NCBI GenBank assembly: GCA_963726745.1
Contig: CAVSDR010000003.1
Location: 1,088,001-1,152,000, forward strand
Reading direction: 5' to 3'
From: an uncultured Verrucomicrobiae bacterium
GTDB taxonomy: Bacteria > Verrucomicrobiota > Verrucomicrobiia > Chthoniobacterales > UBA10450
Length of the DNA stretch: 64,000 nt
The notes under the pieces were generated by a model. The model searched no databases. It was not told the DNA's origin and saw only the letters and a program-made list of their open reading frames with translations. Position numbers and translations under genes: made by a program. Each line of letters starts with the position of its first letter. Position 1 is the first letter of the stretch. This document shows, piece by piece, positions 50,840-60,575 of the stretch.

Positions 50840-52253
50840 ATGATACCGCAAGCACTCCGTTTTCTCTTCATCCTCCTCGAGGTCATCGTCCTCTTTAACC
50901 TGCTCATCATCGTGCATGAGCTCGGGCATTTCCTCGCGGCGAAATGGCGCGGGCTGGTGATCGAGAAGTTCGGTGTCTGGTTCGGCAAGCCGATCTGGAA
51001 AAAGGAAGTCAACGGAATCACCTACTCGCTCGGCTCGATTCCTTTCGGCGGCTTTGTCGCCCTGCCGCAGCTCGCGCCGATGGACATCATCGAGGGCGAA
51101 GTGGATGTCGATCGCGCCACGCTCCCGCGCGTTTCCGCGCTCGACAAAATCATCGTCGCCTTTGCCGGGCCGCTTTTTAGTCTGCTCCTCGCGCTCACTT
51201 TTGCCTGCATCGTCTGGGCGGTCGGCCACCCGGTGAACGAGTCCGACATGACGACCACGGTCGGCTATGTGCAGGCCGATTCGCCCGCGGCCAAGGCCGG
51301 CATGCAAGCGGGCGACCGGATCGTGGCGGTCGATGGCTCGCCCGTGCGGCGTTTCAGCGGGATGAACCACAGCGTCGTCTGGGCAGTGGTGCGCAGCGAA
51401 GGCGCGACCATCCCGATCACCGCGGAAAGAGACGGCAAGATGTTGAGCTTCGACGTGGAGCCGTTCCGCTCGGAGACGCGCGGCTGGCGGCGGAAAAGCG
51501 TGCGCCAGATTCTCGTGCTCCCGGCGCAGACGCCGATCGTGGAGGAAGTGCAGCCGGGAACACGCCGCGGCAGCGGCGGGCTTGAAGGCCGGCGACGTGA
51601 TCCATGGCTTCAACGGGACGCCGATTTTCCACCCGGTCGCGCTCGCGGATTACATCGAGAAACACCCGACCGATCTGCTCAAGCTAGAGGTCACGCGCGG
51701 CGGCCAGAACATGGAAGTTGCAGTCCAGCCGACGATCCTTGCCGGCGAGAAAACCGCGCGCATCGGCATTCGCTGGGACAGTGCCGGCCGCACCTCGATC
51801 TCGCATCCGAACCCGATCGAGCAGGTCTACAACAGCGTCACGAGCACATTGAACACGATTGGCGCGGTCGCTTCGCCGAAATCAGACGTCAAGCTGCAGC
51901 ATCTCAGCGGACCGGTCGGCATCGGGCGGATCTACTATCTCCTCTTCCAGAGCGAATACGGCTGGCAGCTCGCGCTTTGGTTTAGCGTGATCCTGAACGT
52001 AAACCTCGCGATCCTGAACATGCTGCCTATTCCGGTCCTCGATGGCGGCCACATCGTGCTGGCTATTATCGAATCAATCCGCCGCAAGCCGGTGAACATT
52101 CGCCTGCTCGAGATCATCCAGACCGGCTGTGCGGTTTTGATCATCGGCTACATGGTCTACGTCACTTTCTTCGATCTGCAGGACCTGCCGTTCATCCGCT
52201 CGAAGCTCGACAAGATGGAAGCGCCCGCGCAGAAAGCGGAGATGGAGCCGTAA
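50840..52253 (+). CDS. rseP: RIP metalloprotease RseP (apparent +1 indel ~51560)
   Basis: HELGH, two PDZ domains, NMLPIPVLDGG. Confidence 0.93.
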
Positions 52254-52267
52254 GGCGGGCGTCTACA

Positions 52268-52296
52268 TTGCCGAGGCGAAGCGAAATGGTTATCTT
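52268..52296 (+). promoter_or_regulatory. Sigma70-like internal promoter
   Basis: TTGCCG-N17-TATCTT, 8 nt before ATG 52305. Confidence 0.5.
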
Positions 52297-52304
52297 GCGG
52301 GGCG

Positions 52305-52541
52305 ATGGACCCCAACCAGTTACGAGAGCTTTATTCCGCGGCGCCGTTTCGTCCGTTTGAGATCCTCCTCACGAATGGCGCGCGCGTGCTCGTGGATCAT
52401 CCCGAATTCATGTCGTTTACGCGGGACTATCGCACCGTGCACGTCTCTGATGTCGATGGGACCGGGAAACGCATCGACGTGAAATTGATCATCGCATTGA
52501 ACGAGCTGAAAAACGGTTCGCGGCCGCGCAAGCGCAAGTGA
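52305..52541 (+). CDS. Small hypothetical protein
   Basis: PFRPFEILLTNG..V.VDHPEF motif; stop overlaps the ispG GTG. Confidence 0.7.
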   Translation: MDPNQLRELYSAAPFRPFEILLTNGARVLVDHPEFMSFTRDYRTVHVSDVDGTGKRIDVKLIIALNELKNGSRPRKRK

Positions 52542-54326
52542 GCTACTGCGCCGATCCTTTCCGACCCCAGCGCCGCGTCGACCCGCGAGGTCATGGTCGG
52601 CGGCGTGGGCGTGGGCGGGGCGAATCCGATCCGCGTCCAGTCGATGATCACCTGCGACACGATGGACACGGAGGCGTCGATCGCGCAGTCCCTCGAGCTG
52701 GCGAATGTCGGCTGCGAGATCGTGCGCATCACCGCGCCGACGGTGAAGGATGCCGCCAATTTGCAGCACATTGTGCGCGGCCTGCGCGAGCGCGGCTGCC
52801 AGGTGCCGATCGTGGCCGACATCCATTTCAAGCCCGAGGCCGCGATGGAAGCGGCCAAGTGGGTCGATAAAGTCCGGATCAACCCGGGGAACTACGCCGA
52901 CTCAAAAAAGTTCAAGATTCTCGAATACAGCGACGAGCAATACGCCGCCGAGCTGGAGCGCATCCGCGAGCGCTTCTCGCCGTTGGTGCGCTTGTGCCAG
53001 GAGCGCGGGATCGCCATGCGCATCGGGACGAATCACGGTTCGCTCAGCGACCGGATCATGAATCGCTACGGTGACACTCCACTCGGCATGGTGGAGAGCG
53101 CGCTCGAGTTTGCCCGGATCGCGCGCGAGCTCGATTACCACGCTTTCGTTTTCTCGATGAAGTCGAGCAACCCGAAGGTAATGATCAACGCCTATCGGCT
53201 GCTGGTCGCGCGGCTGAACGCCGAGGGGCCGGACTGGAACTACCCGATTCATCTCGGCGTGACCGAGGCCGGCGAAGGCGAGGACGCGCGGATCAAGAGC
53301 GCGATCGGGATTGGCTCGCTGCTTTCCGATGGAATCGGAGACACGGTGCGCGTGTCGCTGACCGAGGACAGTGTGCACGAAATCCCGGTGGCGCAGGCGC
53401 TGGTCGCATTGATGGGCAAAACTCCCAAGGCCGAGGGCCCGACCTTCGACCTCCCCACGTCCTACGATCCATTTTCGTATGCGCGCCGGGCGTCGGACCG
53501 GGTCACGCTTGCTGGCATCGTTGGCGAGGTCTCGTTAGGCGGCGAAGAGCCGGGACGCGTGGCGGTGCGGCAGGCGAACTTCGAGAAAGTCGCGCACAAG
53601 GTCGAGCGCATGGGCGATTACAAGCCGGAGTTCGTCTACGAAAGCTCCGGCGTGGCCGAGATTGATCCGCGCGACGACGAGGCGGTCGGCAAATTAAACA
53701 GCGAGATGACGCCGCGCCTGGTCACGGTGCGCGACAGCGTCGACCTGCCGGTGATCACTGCCTTCCGCCTGCTCGCGGCGAAGGTGCATCCGCGGCATCC
53801 GGTGCTGCTTAAGGATGTACTCCAGCCGCCGGGCGCGCCGGAGTTTCTCCAGAACCTGCTGGTCGCGGCGACGCACATCGGCGCGCTCTTGTGCGATGGA
53901 ATCGGCGATGCCGTCCTCGTGCAGGGCGAGGAAGCACCCGGCCAGGCATTGCGCCTGAGCTATAACATCCTCCAAGCGGCGCGCTCGCGGATTTTCAAAA
54001 CCGATTACGTCGCCTGTCCGTCGTGTGGAAGAACGCTGTTCAATCTCCAGACCACGACCGCGCGAATCAAAGAAGCGACTGCGCATCTCAAAGGCGTCAC
54101 CATCGCGGTCATGGGCTGCATCGTGAACGGTCCGGGCGAAATGGCGGACGCGGACTTCGGCTACGTCGGCGGCGCGCCTGGGAAGATCAATCTCTACGTC
54201 GGCAAGACCGCGGTGAAGTTCAACATCCCGGAAGCGGAAGCGGTCGATCGTTTGCAAGACCTCATCCGTGAGCACGGGAAGTGGGTCGATCCTGCGCCGC
54301 GGGCGCACGAGCCGGCGATCGCCTAG
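52538..54326 (+). CDS. ispG: HMBPP synthase IspG (apparent +1 indel ~52580)
   Basis: PIRVQSM, VADIHF, RINPGN, HLGVTEAG, ACPSCGRT, VMGCIVNGPGE. Confidence 0.95.
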
Positions 54327-55021
54327 TCGCGGACTTTGTAATTGAGCTGCCGCGAGAGCAGCCAGCGCACGCCGAACATGTCGACCGTGGCGCGCACCGC
54401 GCGGTTGCCCAGGCCGTATTTGCTCACGCCGAACTGGCGCGGGCGATGGTTCACCGGGATCTCGACTAACGAGTAGCCGCCGCCTTTGACCAGCGCGGGA
54501 ATGAAGCGGTGCATGCCCTTGAAAGGCACGAGCGTGCGGATGCACTCGCGCCGCATCGCCTTGAGCGAGCAACCGGTGTCACGCACACCGTCCTTGGTGA
54601 AACGGCTGCGCACGAAATTAGCCACCCGGCTGGTGATCCGCTTCACGGTCGTGTCCTTGCGCTTCGCGCGGTAGCCGCAGACGAGATCGGCCCCGCGCTC
54701 GAGCTCGGCGAGGAGGCGCGGGATGTCCGCGGGATCATTTTGCAGATCGCCATCGAGCAAGACCGCGACTTCGCCACGGGCAGCGTGCAGGCCGGCATAC
54801 ATGGCCGCGCTTTGGCCGGCGTTCTGCGCGAAGGGCAGCACGCGCACCCGCGGGTCGGGCCGGATTTTTTCGATGGTCGCGTCGCGGCTTCCGTCATCTA
54901 CGAAGACGATCTCGTAGTCTAAATTAGCCAGCGCTTTCTCCAGCTCCGCCTGGAGGATGGCGACGTTTTCTTCTTCGTTGAAAAGCGGGACGACGACCGA
55001 GACCGCAGGGGCAGCACTCAT
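54323..55021 (-). CDS. GT2 polyprenol-phosphate glycosyltransferase (ArnC/DPM1-like)
   Basis: VPLFNEEE, VDDGSRD, DGDLQNDP, RDTGC.LK, MHRFIP. Confidence 0.9.
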   Translation of the reverse strand: MSAAPAVSVVVPLFNEEENVAILQAELEKALANLDYEIVFVDDGSRDATIEKIRPDPRVRVLPFAQNAGQSAAMYAGLHAARGEVAVLLDGDLQNDPADIPRLLAELERGADLVCGYRAKRKDTTVKRITSRVANFVRSRFTKDGVRDTGCSLKAMRRECIRTLVPFKGMHRFIPALVKGGGYSLVEIPVNHRPRQFGVSKYGLGNRAVRATVDMFGVRWLLSRQLNYKVRD

Positions 55022-56589
55022 AACGGCAGCGGATGATAGTTCTTGCAGATGAACACCTGCAGCGTGCGCACCAGGCGGCCGTAGCGCCGGACCTCGATCA
55101 CGCGGTATGGCTCGGTCGAGGCAAAGGCGCGGGTGATATTGCGCGGGGCGTTCTTGAGGTTGTTCTGAATGTAGAGCGCACTGCGGCCCTCAAACGGGTT
55201 CACGCCCGCTTCCTCGGTGTAGACGTCGCCGTTCCCCATCTCCGTGCGGGTGTTCGCAGGCACGAAACCATCGTAGCGCGGCCAAAAGGAGAACTGATTC
55301 ATGATGTCCTGCGTCTCGACGATGTAGACCGGCGGATGCTCCGGGCCTTCGACGCGTTTCTCTTTCAAGTAGAAGGATAACTCCGAAGCGCGCGCGCGTT
55401 CGTCGGCGATCAGGAAAACCTTTTCGCCGAGCTGCGTTTCCACTTCGCCGCGGAGCTGCTCGACCGCGGCCGCGCTCGCGCCCCAACTGCGCATCTTATC
55501 GGCGGGATCGCGCCGCGGATGGAAACCGAAGCTGTGCAGGAGATCGGTATTAAGCGCGAGCGCGCTCAGGAAAAGCGCGAGCAGGAAGGCCGCGGCGGCC
55601 CACGGGACCAGGCGCGGGCGGGATTCCAAACGCTCGCGCCAGTAGGAAGCTGCGAGCACGCCGAGGCTCAGGAAAGCGAGGCAATCCCAGTTCGCGTTCG
55701 AGGCGTGGTTGAGCGAGATGACCGCGTAGACCAGGAAAACCGGGAGCCCAAACCAAAGCAGGAAGATGCCCTTGAAGGTTTGCTGGGTGCGCTTCCAATT
55801 CGCCAGCACCGCCCAAACGAGCCCGAGGAAAAGCAGCGGCGAATAGACGGCAAAATGCATTCCGAGAAAGGAAATGAACTCGCCGAAATGCAGGCCGAAG
55901 GGGCGATTGAGCGCACCGCGATTGCGCAGATGGCCGACCGTGGCCCAGGTGCGGTTCGAGTTCCAAACAATCGGCGGAATGGTGCACAGGACGAAGACCA
56001 CCAGGAGCGAGTAGAGCCCGGGCCGGGCGAATTCCTTTCGCAACCGCGGGACGAGCGCGAGCACCGCGGCGACTGAGAGCAGCTGGAGCGCGTTGGTGTA
56101 TTTGCAGAGGAAGCCGAGGCCCATGAGGAGCCCGGCAAAGGGCCACCACCACGAGAAGGCCGGGCTTTTCTCGAGCGCGATCCAGAAGGCAAACATGGCC
56201 GCGGTCCAGCAGAAAATAGACAGCGGATCGGTCGTGATCACGAACGAGCCGATGTTGAAAATCGGCGCGACATTGAGCGCGAGCACCACCCAGAAACCGG
56301 TCACGTCGCTGAAGAGCCGGCGCGTGAAATAATAGAGCAGCAAGCTCGTGCCCATGCCCACGATCGGACTCCAGAAACGCACGCCGAATTCCGTCGGCCC
56401 CCAAAGCGCCACACTCGACCAGATGGCGTAAGCCACGCCCGGGCCCTTGCTGAAGTAGGCCGGTGCCAGCCGCTCGCTCCACATCCAATAGTGCGCCTCG
56501 TCGAACGAAAGATCGGTCGTGCCAATGAGCGCCAGCCGGATGCCGGTGAGCGCGAGCAGGAAAAGCCAGACAGCGCGGGTCGTGCTCAT
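55018..56589 (-). CDS. ArnT/GT39-like membrane glycosyltransferase
   Basis: DEAHYW.WS..LA.AYFSKGPG, ITTDP, GFLCKY; many TM helices. Confidence 0.85.
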   Translation of the reverse strand: MSTTRAVWLFLLALTGIRLALIGTTDLSFDEAHYWMWSERLAPAYFSKGPGVAYAIWSSVALWGPTEFGVRFWSPIVGMGTSLLLYYFTRRLFSDVTGFWVVLALNVAPIFNIGSFVITTDPLSIFCWTAAMFAFWIALEKSPAFSWWWPFAGLLMGLGFLCKYTNALQLLSVAAVLALVPRLRKEFARPGLYSLLVVFVLCTIPPIVWNSNRTWATVGHLRNRGALNRPFGLHFGEFISFLGMHFAVYSPLLFLGLVWAVLANWKRTQQTFKGIFLLWFGLPVFLVYAVISLNHASNANWDCLAFLSLGVLAASYWRERLESRPRLVPWAAAAFLLALFLSALALNTDLLHSFGFHPRRDPADKMRSWGASAAAVEQLRGEVETQLGEKVFLIADERARASELSFYLKEKRVEGPEHPPVYIVETQDIMNQFSFWPRYDGFVPANTRTEMGNGDVYTEEAGVNPFEGRSALYIQNNLKNAPRNITRAFASTEPYRVIEVRRYGRLVRTLQVFICKNYHPLPL

Positions 56590-57242
56590 GCGGTCGCGGG
56601 AATTCCGAGCAGGCGCGGGTGGCGCGCGAAAAGTTGCGGGAGCCAACGTGGTCCGGCCAGGCGCCAAAGCGCTTCCCACAGGCCGAGCGCGAGCAAGGTG
56701 AAGCCGCCGGCAAAAAAGATCGTCGCCAACACATCACTGGGCCAGTGCGCCCCGAGGTAAACGCGCGAGTAACCGACCGCGATGGCGAAGAACCAATAGA
56801 GCCAGCCCCAGCGCCGGAAAAAGAGCGAGAGGCAGGTGGCGATGATCGTGTTGTCGGTCATGTGGCCGGAAGGGAACGACGGGCCGCTTTGCGTCCGCTC
56901 GCGCACGCCGGAGAAACGAATCGTCGGCCGCTTGAAGAGCGTGAGAAATTTAGGCGACACTTTCTCCAGCTGGACCATGCGCACGGTCTGCGCCTGCTTC
57001 GGCCGCTTCCGGCCGATGGCTGATTTGAGCGCCGGGACCACAAAGCTGTCGGAGACGATCAAGGTCAGCCCGAGGCAAACCAGAAAGGCGCGACCCTTGA
57101 ATCCGCCGCGGAGCAGCGCATAGAGACCGAGCACGATGAGGAGCGGTTTCCAGATTTCGACGTCGCTGATCCCGGCCATGAAGAGATCGAGCGCAGGACT
57201 CGTCCATCGTTCGTTGATAAGATGAAAAACAGCCTGGTCCAT
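56586..57242 (-). CDS. PAP2 family phosphatase
   Basis: K...GRKRP, SFPSGH, SRVYLGAHWPSD; true start MDQAVF at 57242. Confidence 0.9.
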   Translation of the reverse strand: MDQAVFHLINERWTSPALDLFMAGISDVEIWKPLLIVLGLYALLRGGFKGRAFLVCLGLTLIVSDSFVVPALKSAIGRKRPKQAQTVRMVQLEKVSPKFLTLFKRPTIRFSGVRERTQSGPSFPSGHMTDNTIIATCLSLFFRRWGWLYWFFAIAVGYSRVYLGAHWPSDVLATIFFAGGFTLLALGLWEALWRLAGPRWLPQLFARHPRLLGIPATA

Positions 57243-57293
57243 CGCGCCGAAAAAGCCCTTCGGGAAGGGGCGCCACGATACAAGCCTCGCCCG

Positions 57294-57974
57294 GTGAGAC
57301 AAGCGATTAAGGTCTGCGCGGCGGCCGGACTTTGCCTCAGCGCGAGCGTGCTTCACCTCCTGGCTGCGCCTTCCGCGGGGGAGATCCTGGCCATGGCTCG
57401 CGCCAGTGCGGGCCAGCAGGAGATCGACCTCGCAGGGCAACTGCGCGAGGAAGGCCGCGTGGTCCCGTTCCGTTTGGTGCAATCCGGCGGCGTAATCCGT
57501 TACCGCTTCACCAATCCCGACGAGGCGCTTCAACTGCGCCTCGGCGAAAGCGATTCCAACCTCGAGAACATCAGCCGCGACGGAGTCGACAAGATCAGCG
57601 GCCCGGAGTTTAGCCAGCGCGTTCGCGGGACCGCGATCACCTTCGAGGATCTCGCGCTCAAGTTCATCTACTGGCCGGGCGGAAAGGTTCTGGGCGAGGA
57701 TTACATCAACACCCGGCGCGTTTGGAAGCTCGAGCTCCGGCCGCCGGGCGATCGATCGCAATACTCGAAAGTTTATCTCTGGGCGGAGCAGGAGAGCGGC
57801 GCGCTCATGCGCATGGAAGGCTACGATTGGAACGGGCAGCTCGTCCGCCGCTTCGAGGTCGTCTCCGCGCAGAAGATCGAGGGGCGCTGGTTCCTCAAGC
57901 AAATGCGCCTGGAGCAGGTCGATCCCGCGACCGGCAAGGTGACCGCGCGGACCTATCTCGAGATCAAAAAGTAG
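57294..57974 (+). CDS. Outer-membrane lipoprotein-sorting (LolA-like) protein
   Basis: RGTAITFEDL, SQYSKV.LW, YDWNGQL, KIEGRW; start uncertain. Confidence 0.7.
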   Translation: MRQAIKVCAAAGLCLSASVLHLLAAPSAGEILAMARASAGQQEIDLAGQLREEGRVVPFRLVQSGGVIRYRFTNPDEALQLRLGESDSNLENISRDGVDKISGPEFSQRVRGTAITFEDLALKFIYWPGGKVLGEDYINTRRVWKLELRPPGDRSQYSKVYLWAEQESGALMRMEGYDWNGQLVRRFEVVSAQKIEGRWFLKQMRLEQVDPATGKVTARTYLEIKK

Positions 57975-58023
57975 CCGCGGCGGCATTGGAAAACCCGCCT
58001 TTGCGGTGTAAAGAGAACGCTCG

Positions 58024-59763
58024 ATGAAACGCACTCTCTCGCTCGTTTTCCTGGTCGCTTTTCTCGGTGCGCCGCTCGCGCCCGCGCTCACGGTCAAGCC
58101 GAACGCCGCTCCGGTCGTCAGCGCCGCGCTCACCGATTACCAGCAATATGTCCAGACCACGCGGGTGATCGACCTGAACAGTTTCTTCCGCGACCCCGAT
58201 GCCACCGCGGCGGTCAACGTGAACACCGTCGCCGGAGCGATGAACTTCACCCTCGATGGCGCGGCCGCGCCGCAGACGGTGGCCAATTTCCTGAGCTACG
58301 TGAATGGCGGCCGCTATTACCAGGCCGATCCAAACGCCGGCGGCGCGATCGCTTCGCTCATGTTCCACCGTTCGGTCGCGGGCTTCGTGATTCAAGCCGG
58401 CGGCTTCATCGCGACTGCGGCCTCGAACGGCACCGACCTGGTGCCGACCGCGGTGCTCACGCTCGCGCCGGTGCCGAACGAGCCGCTGATCTCGAACACG
58501 CGCGGGACGATCGCGATGGCCAAGCTCGGGGGCGATCCGAACAGCGCCACCAGCCAGTGGTTCATCAATCTCGCGGATAACTCCGCCAACCTGGACAACC
58601 AAAATGGCGGCTTCACCGCCTTCGGTCACGTGGCCGCTGGCGGCATGGCTGTGGCCGATGCAATCGCGGCCTTCCCGCGCTTCAATTTTGGCGGCGCTTT
58701 CACCGACCTGCCGGTGCGCAATTACACGCAAACGGACTACAACACGGGCAAAAACGTCAAGGTCGCGAACGCGATCACCATCCCGTCGATCACCCAGATC
58801 TCGCCGCTTAATTTTGCCGCCTCGAGCAACAACCCGGGCGCGATCACCGCCACCGCCAGCGGCGCGAACTTGCTCGTGACCGCTTTCACTCTCGGCTCCG
58901 CCACGATCACCGTGACCGCGACCGACCTCGATGGCCTCTCGGTTTCGCAGAGCTTCGTCGTCACCGCGATCGCCGCGCCTGCGCGCCTGCGGAACATCGC
59001 CACGCGGGCGAATTTCCCCACGGGCAGCGAAGTCCTCGCGGGTGGCTTCATCGTGCGCGGCGGGACCTCGAAGAAGCTCGTGGTGCGCGCGATCAGCACC
59101 AGCCTGGGCGTGGCCAATGCGCTGCCCGATCCGACCCTCGAGCTGCTCAATGCCGGTGGCGCGGTCATCGCTTCGAATAATAACTGGGGCGATTCGCCCG
59201 ACCGGCAGCAACTGATCGACCTCGCGATCGCGCCCAGTGGCGCGACCGAGTCGGCGCTCATCGCCACCGTCCCGTCGCAGGACGCAAACATCACCACCTA
59301 CACGGCGCGCGTGCGCAGCGCGAACGGTGCGCCGGGCGTGGCCTCGATCGAGATCTACGACATCGACAGCGCTCCCGGCTCGACCTTTCGCAACATCTCC
59401 ACGCTCGGCCCAGTCGGGACCGATGCGAATGTCCTCATCGGCGGTTTCATCGTCCGCGGCGACGATTTCCGCCGCGTGATCATCCGTGGTCTTGGGCCTT
59501 CCTTGAGCGGCCGCGGCGTGAGCGGCGCGCTGACTGACCCGGCGATTAAGGTGGTCAATAACCAGGGCACAACCGTGGGGATGAACGATAACTGGCAGAC
59601 CGATCCCGGAGCCGGCGAGATGCAGACCATCGGCCTCCAGCCGAGCGACCCGCGCGAAGCGGCGGTGATCATCAACGTCCCCTCCGGCGAATACACCGCC
59701 ACCGTCGCCGGGGTGAGCAACACCACCGGCGTGGGCCAGGTGGAAGTGTTCGTGGTGCAGTAA
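58024..59763 (+). CDS. Secreted cyclophilin-type PPIase with two C-terminal 'NIATR/NISTL' domains
   Basis: APQTVANFL.YV, FHRSV.GFVIQAGG, RGTIAMAK, SATSQWFINL, F.AFG.V. Confidence 0.88.
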   Translation: MKRTLSLVFLVAFLGAPLAPALTVKPNAAPVVSAALTDYQQYVQTTRVIDLNSFFRDPDATAAVNVNTVAGAMNFTLDGAAAPQTVANFLSYVNGGRYYQADPNAGGAIASLMFHRSVAGFVIQAGGFIATAASNGTDLVPTAVLTLAPVPNEPLISNTRGTIAMAKLGGDPNSATSQWFINLADNSANLDNQNGGFTAFGHVAAGGMAVADAIAAFPRFNFGGAFTDLPVRNYTQTDYNTGKNVKVANAITIPSITQISPLNFAASSNNPGAITATASGANLLVTAFTLGSATITVTATDLDGLSVSQSFVVTAIAAPARLRNIATRANFPTGSEVLAGGFIVRGGTSKKLVVRAISTSLGVANALPDPTLELLNAGGAVIASNNNWGDSPDRQQLIDLAIAPSGATESALIATVPSQDANITTYTARVRSANGAPGVASIEIYDIDSAPGSTFRNISTLGPVGTDANVLIGGFIVRGDDFRRVIIRGLGPSLSGRGVSGALTDPAIKVVNNQGTTVGMNDNWQTDPGAGEMQTIGLQPSDPREAAVIINVPSGEYTATVAGVSNTTGVGQVEVFVVQ

Positions 59764-59797
59764 ACGAGCCGCCAGCGAGAGTCGGCGAAAGTGCTGG

Positions 59798-60571
59798 CTA
59801 AGCCTCAGCCCGGTCGCTCGCCGCGTGCACGATTTGCGCAAAGCTGCGCGGGTCGAGCGCGGCCCCGCCCACGAGCGCACCGTCGATGTCCGGCTGCTGC
59901 ATGAGCTCGCGGGCGTTATCCGGCTTCACGCTGCCGCCGTATTGAATGCGGATGCGCGCGGCCGTGGCGTCATCGGAGATTTCCGCGAGCGTCTGGCGCA
60001 CGAAGGCATGCGCTTCCTGCGCCTGCGCGGTGCTTGCGACCTTGCCGGTGCCGATCGCCCAGACCGGCTCGTAGGCCACCACGGTGTCGGCTAATTCTTT
60101 CGCGCTCAAGTCTGCCAGGCTCCCGCGGAGCTGGGTGCCGAGCACCTTCTCCACCTGGTTCGCCTCGCGCTGCTCGAGCGTCTCGCCAATGCAAAGGATC
60201 GGCCGCAGCCCGGCCTCGTGCGCCGCGCGCACCTTGCGGTTTACGATTTCATCCGTCTCGCCAAGTAACTGCCGGCGCTCGCTATGGCCGAGGACGACGT
60301 AGCGCACGAAAAGTTCGCGCAGCATCGCGGCGCTGATCTCGCCGGTAAACGCCCCGCCTTTTTCCCAAAACATGTTCTGCGCGCCGAGCTTCACGTTGCC
60401 CGTCTGGTGAATCGCTTCGCTCACCCGGCCGAGCGCGGTGAACGGCGGCACGAGCACGATCTCGACGTCGTTCGCTTCGCCGATCTCGCGCAGGAACGTC
60501 TCCACGAAATCCGCCGCTTCCTGCTGCGTCTTGTTCATCTTCCAGTTGGCCGCGACGATTTTCTTGCGCAT
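59798..60571 (-). CDS. tpiA: Triosephosphate isomerase
   Basis: AANWKMN, GAFTGEIS, GHSERR, AYEPVWAIGTG, YGGSVKP. Confidence 0.98.
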   Translation of the reverse strand: MRKKIVAANWKMNKTQQEAADFVETFLREIGEANDVEIVLVPPFTALGRVSEAIHQTGNVKLGAQNMFWEKGGAFTGEISAAMLRELFVRYVVLGHSERRQLLGETDEIVNRKVRAAHEAGLRPILCIGETLEQREANQVEKVLGTQLRGSLADLSAKELADTVVAYEPVWAIGTGKVASTAQAQEAHAFVRQTLAEISDDATAARIRIQYGGSVKPDNARELMQQPDIDGALVGGAALDPRSFAQIVHAASDRAEA

Positions 60572-60575
60572 AAAA

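Noticed and set aside
49663..54326. dxr, rseP, ispG (and pgk) as pseudogenes or programmed frameshifts
   Set aside because: These are core genes with intact catalytic motifs and no consistent slippery sites; sequencing error is more parsimonious.
57964..59880. Long antisense ORFs (this one, 32749-34143, 14940-16304, 824-2149 and others)
   Set aside because: Shadow frames of well-supported genes in high-GC DNA, with no recognisable motifs.
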